The notes under the pieces are model-generated. The model did no database searches and was not told the DNA's origin. It was given only the letters and a program-made list of their open reading frames with translations. Below are positions 63,001 through 64,000 of a stretch of DNA of 64,000 nt, piece after piece. Source of the DNA: Eledone cirrhosa. Taxonomy: Eukaryota. Numbering within the stretch: position 1 is the first letter of the stretch; every line of letters begins with the position of its first letter. The translations under genes and the position numbers were made by a program. The stretch spans positions 17,236,001 to 17,300,000 of the forward strand of contig OZ024744.1 in NCBI GenBank assembly GCA_964016885.1, written 5' to 3'.

Positions 63001-64000
63001 GTATTGACGACAGGTTGGTACTCATTGTTGACCTGTACACCATCAGATACTGACGACAAGTTGATTCTCATTGCTCACCTGTACACCATCAGATATTGAC
63101 GACAGGTTGGTACTCATTGCTGACCTGTACACCATCAGATACTGACGACAGGTTGATACTCATTGCTGATCTGATAACCATCAGACATTGACGACAGGTT
63201 GATACTCATTGCCGACCTGTACACCATCAGGTATTGACGACAGGTTGATACTCATTGCTGACCTGTACACCATCAGACATTGACGGCAGGTTGATACTCA
63301 TTGCTGACCAGTACACCATCAGGTATTGACGACAGGTTGATACTCATTGCTGACCTGTACACCATCAGACATTGACGGCAGATTGATACTCATTGCTGAC
63401 CTGTACACCATCAGGTATTGACGACAGGTTGATACTCGTTGCTGATCTGTACACCATCAGATACTGACGACAGGTTGATACTCATTGCTGACCTGTACAC
63501 CATCAGACATTGACGGCAGGTTGATACTCATTGCTGACCTGTACACCATCAGACATTGACGGCAGGTTGATACTCATTGCTGACCTGTACACCATCAGTT
63601 ATTGACGACAGGTTGATACTCATTGCTGACCTGTAAACCATCAGATATTGACGGCATGTTGATACTCATTGCTAACCTGTACACCATCAGACATTGACGG
63701 CAGGTAGATACTCATTGCTGACCTGTACACCATCAGACATTGACGGTAGGTTGATACTCATTGCTCTCCTGTACACCATCAGGTATTGACGACATGTTGG
63801 TACTCATTGTTGACCTGTACACCATCAGATACTGACGACAAGTTGATTCTCATTGCTCACCTGTACACCATCAGATATTGACGACAGGTTGGTACTCATT
63901 GCTGACCTGACACCATCAGATACTGACGACAGGTTGATACACATTGCTGACCTGATAACCATCAGACATTGACGACAGGTTGATACTCATTGCTGACCTG
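57028..64000. repeat. Duplication at offset 4000 bp (87 monomers minus 2 bp); second copy truncated by the window end
   Basis: 57028-60000 matches 61028-64000: ORFs 57324/61324, ATACTGGCG at 57392/61392, and CTGACACC deletions at about 58162/62162 and 59909/63909. Whether 60001-61027 is also copied cannot be seen in this window. Confidence 0.93.

Larger units (their letters stand above)
1..64000. repeat. Tandem satellite array of a 46-bp monomer (about 1391 copies), running off both window edges
   Basis: The monomer ATCAGAYAYTGACGRCAGGTTGATACTCATTGCTGACCTGTACACC recurs every 46 bp (starts at 1, 47, 93 ... 63961). The distance 63960 equals 1391x46 minus 26, which matches my tally of 32 single-base deletions and 6 single-base insertions. 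Copies typically differ from consensus by a few substitutions. Confidence 0.99.

Noticed and set aside
1-64000. Giant repeat protein under a TGA-recoded genetic code: all consensus stops on both strands are TGA, so 3 monomers would give an open 46-aa repeat
   Set aside because: Variants freely create TAA and TAG (CTAACC, GATAACC, TTAGTG, GGTAGG), 1-bp indels are tolerated, and each base would be read in all codon positions. Absence of TAA/TAG in a 46-mer is unremarkable.
1-64000. CRISPR array (palindromic constant part plus variable part)
   Set aside because: The variable segment is only a few substitution states of the same sequence rather than unique spacers. There is no leader and there are no cas genes.
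57028-64000. Round 4000-bp offset as a sign of synthetic or copy-paste artefact
   Set aside because: 4000 equals 87x46 minus the two 1-bp deletions seen in the unit, and the copies differ at 57852-57859, so the round number is coincidental.
1-64000. Telomerase-type telomeric repeat, tRNA/5S/snRNA tandem gene or transposon remnant
   Set aside because: There is no strongly G-rich strand, the unit is too short for these RNA genes and lacks their motifs, and no terminal repeats, target-site duplications or coding remnants are visible.

Overview
The whole 64 kb window is one uninterrupted head-to-tail tandem array of a 46-bp monomer, consensus ATCAGACATTGACGACAGGTTGATACTCATTGCTGACCTGTACACC (21/46 GC), all in one orientation. 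By hand count there are about 1391 full monomers plus a 40-bp partial. I found no unique sequence, gene, RNA gene, transposon or CRISPR spacer, and the listed ORFs are chance read-throughs of the repeat. It is most simply a satellite DNA array, probably eukaryotic; I cannot name the family or organism. The informative structure lies in the monomer variants. There are nested block duplications at offsets of 11, 27, 34, 67, 74, 82, 87, 129 and 142 monomers, regional variant zones, reshuffled multi-monomer cassettes, one junction mappable to 3 bp and one apparent micro-conversion patch. The monomer contains a 6-bp dyad, a TGTACA palindrome and two related 21-bp halves. I see no direct evidence of a novel functional system. 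All counts are by eye and need computational confirmation.
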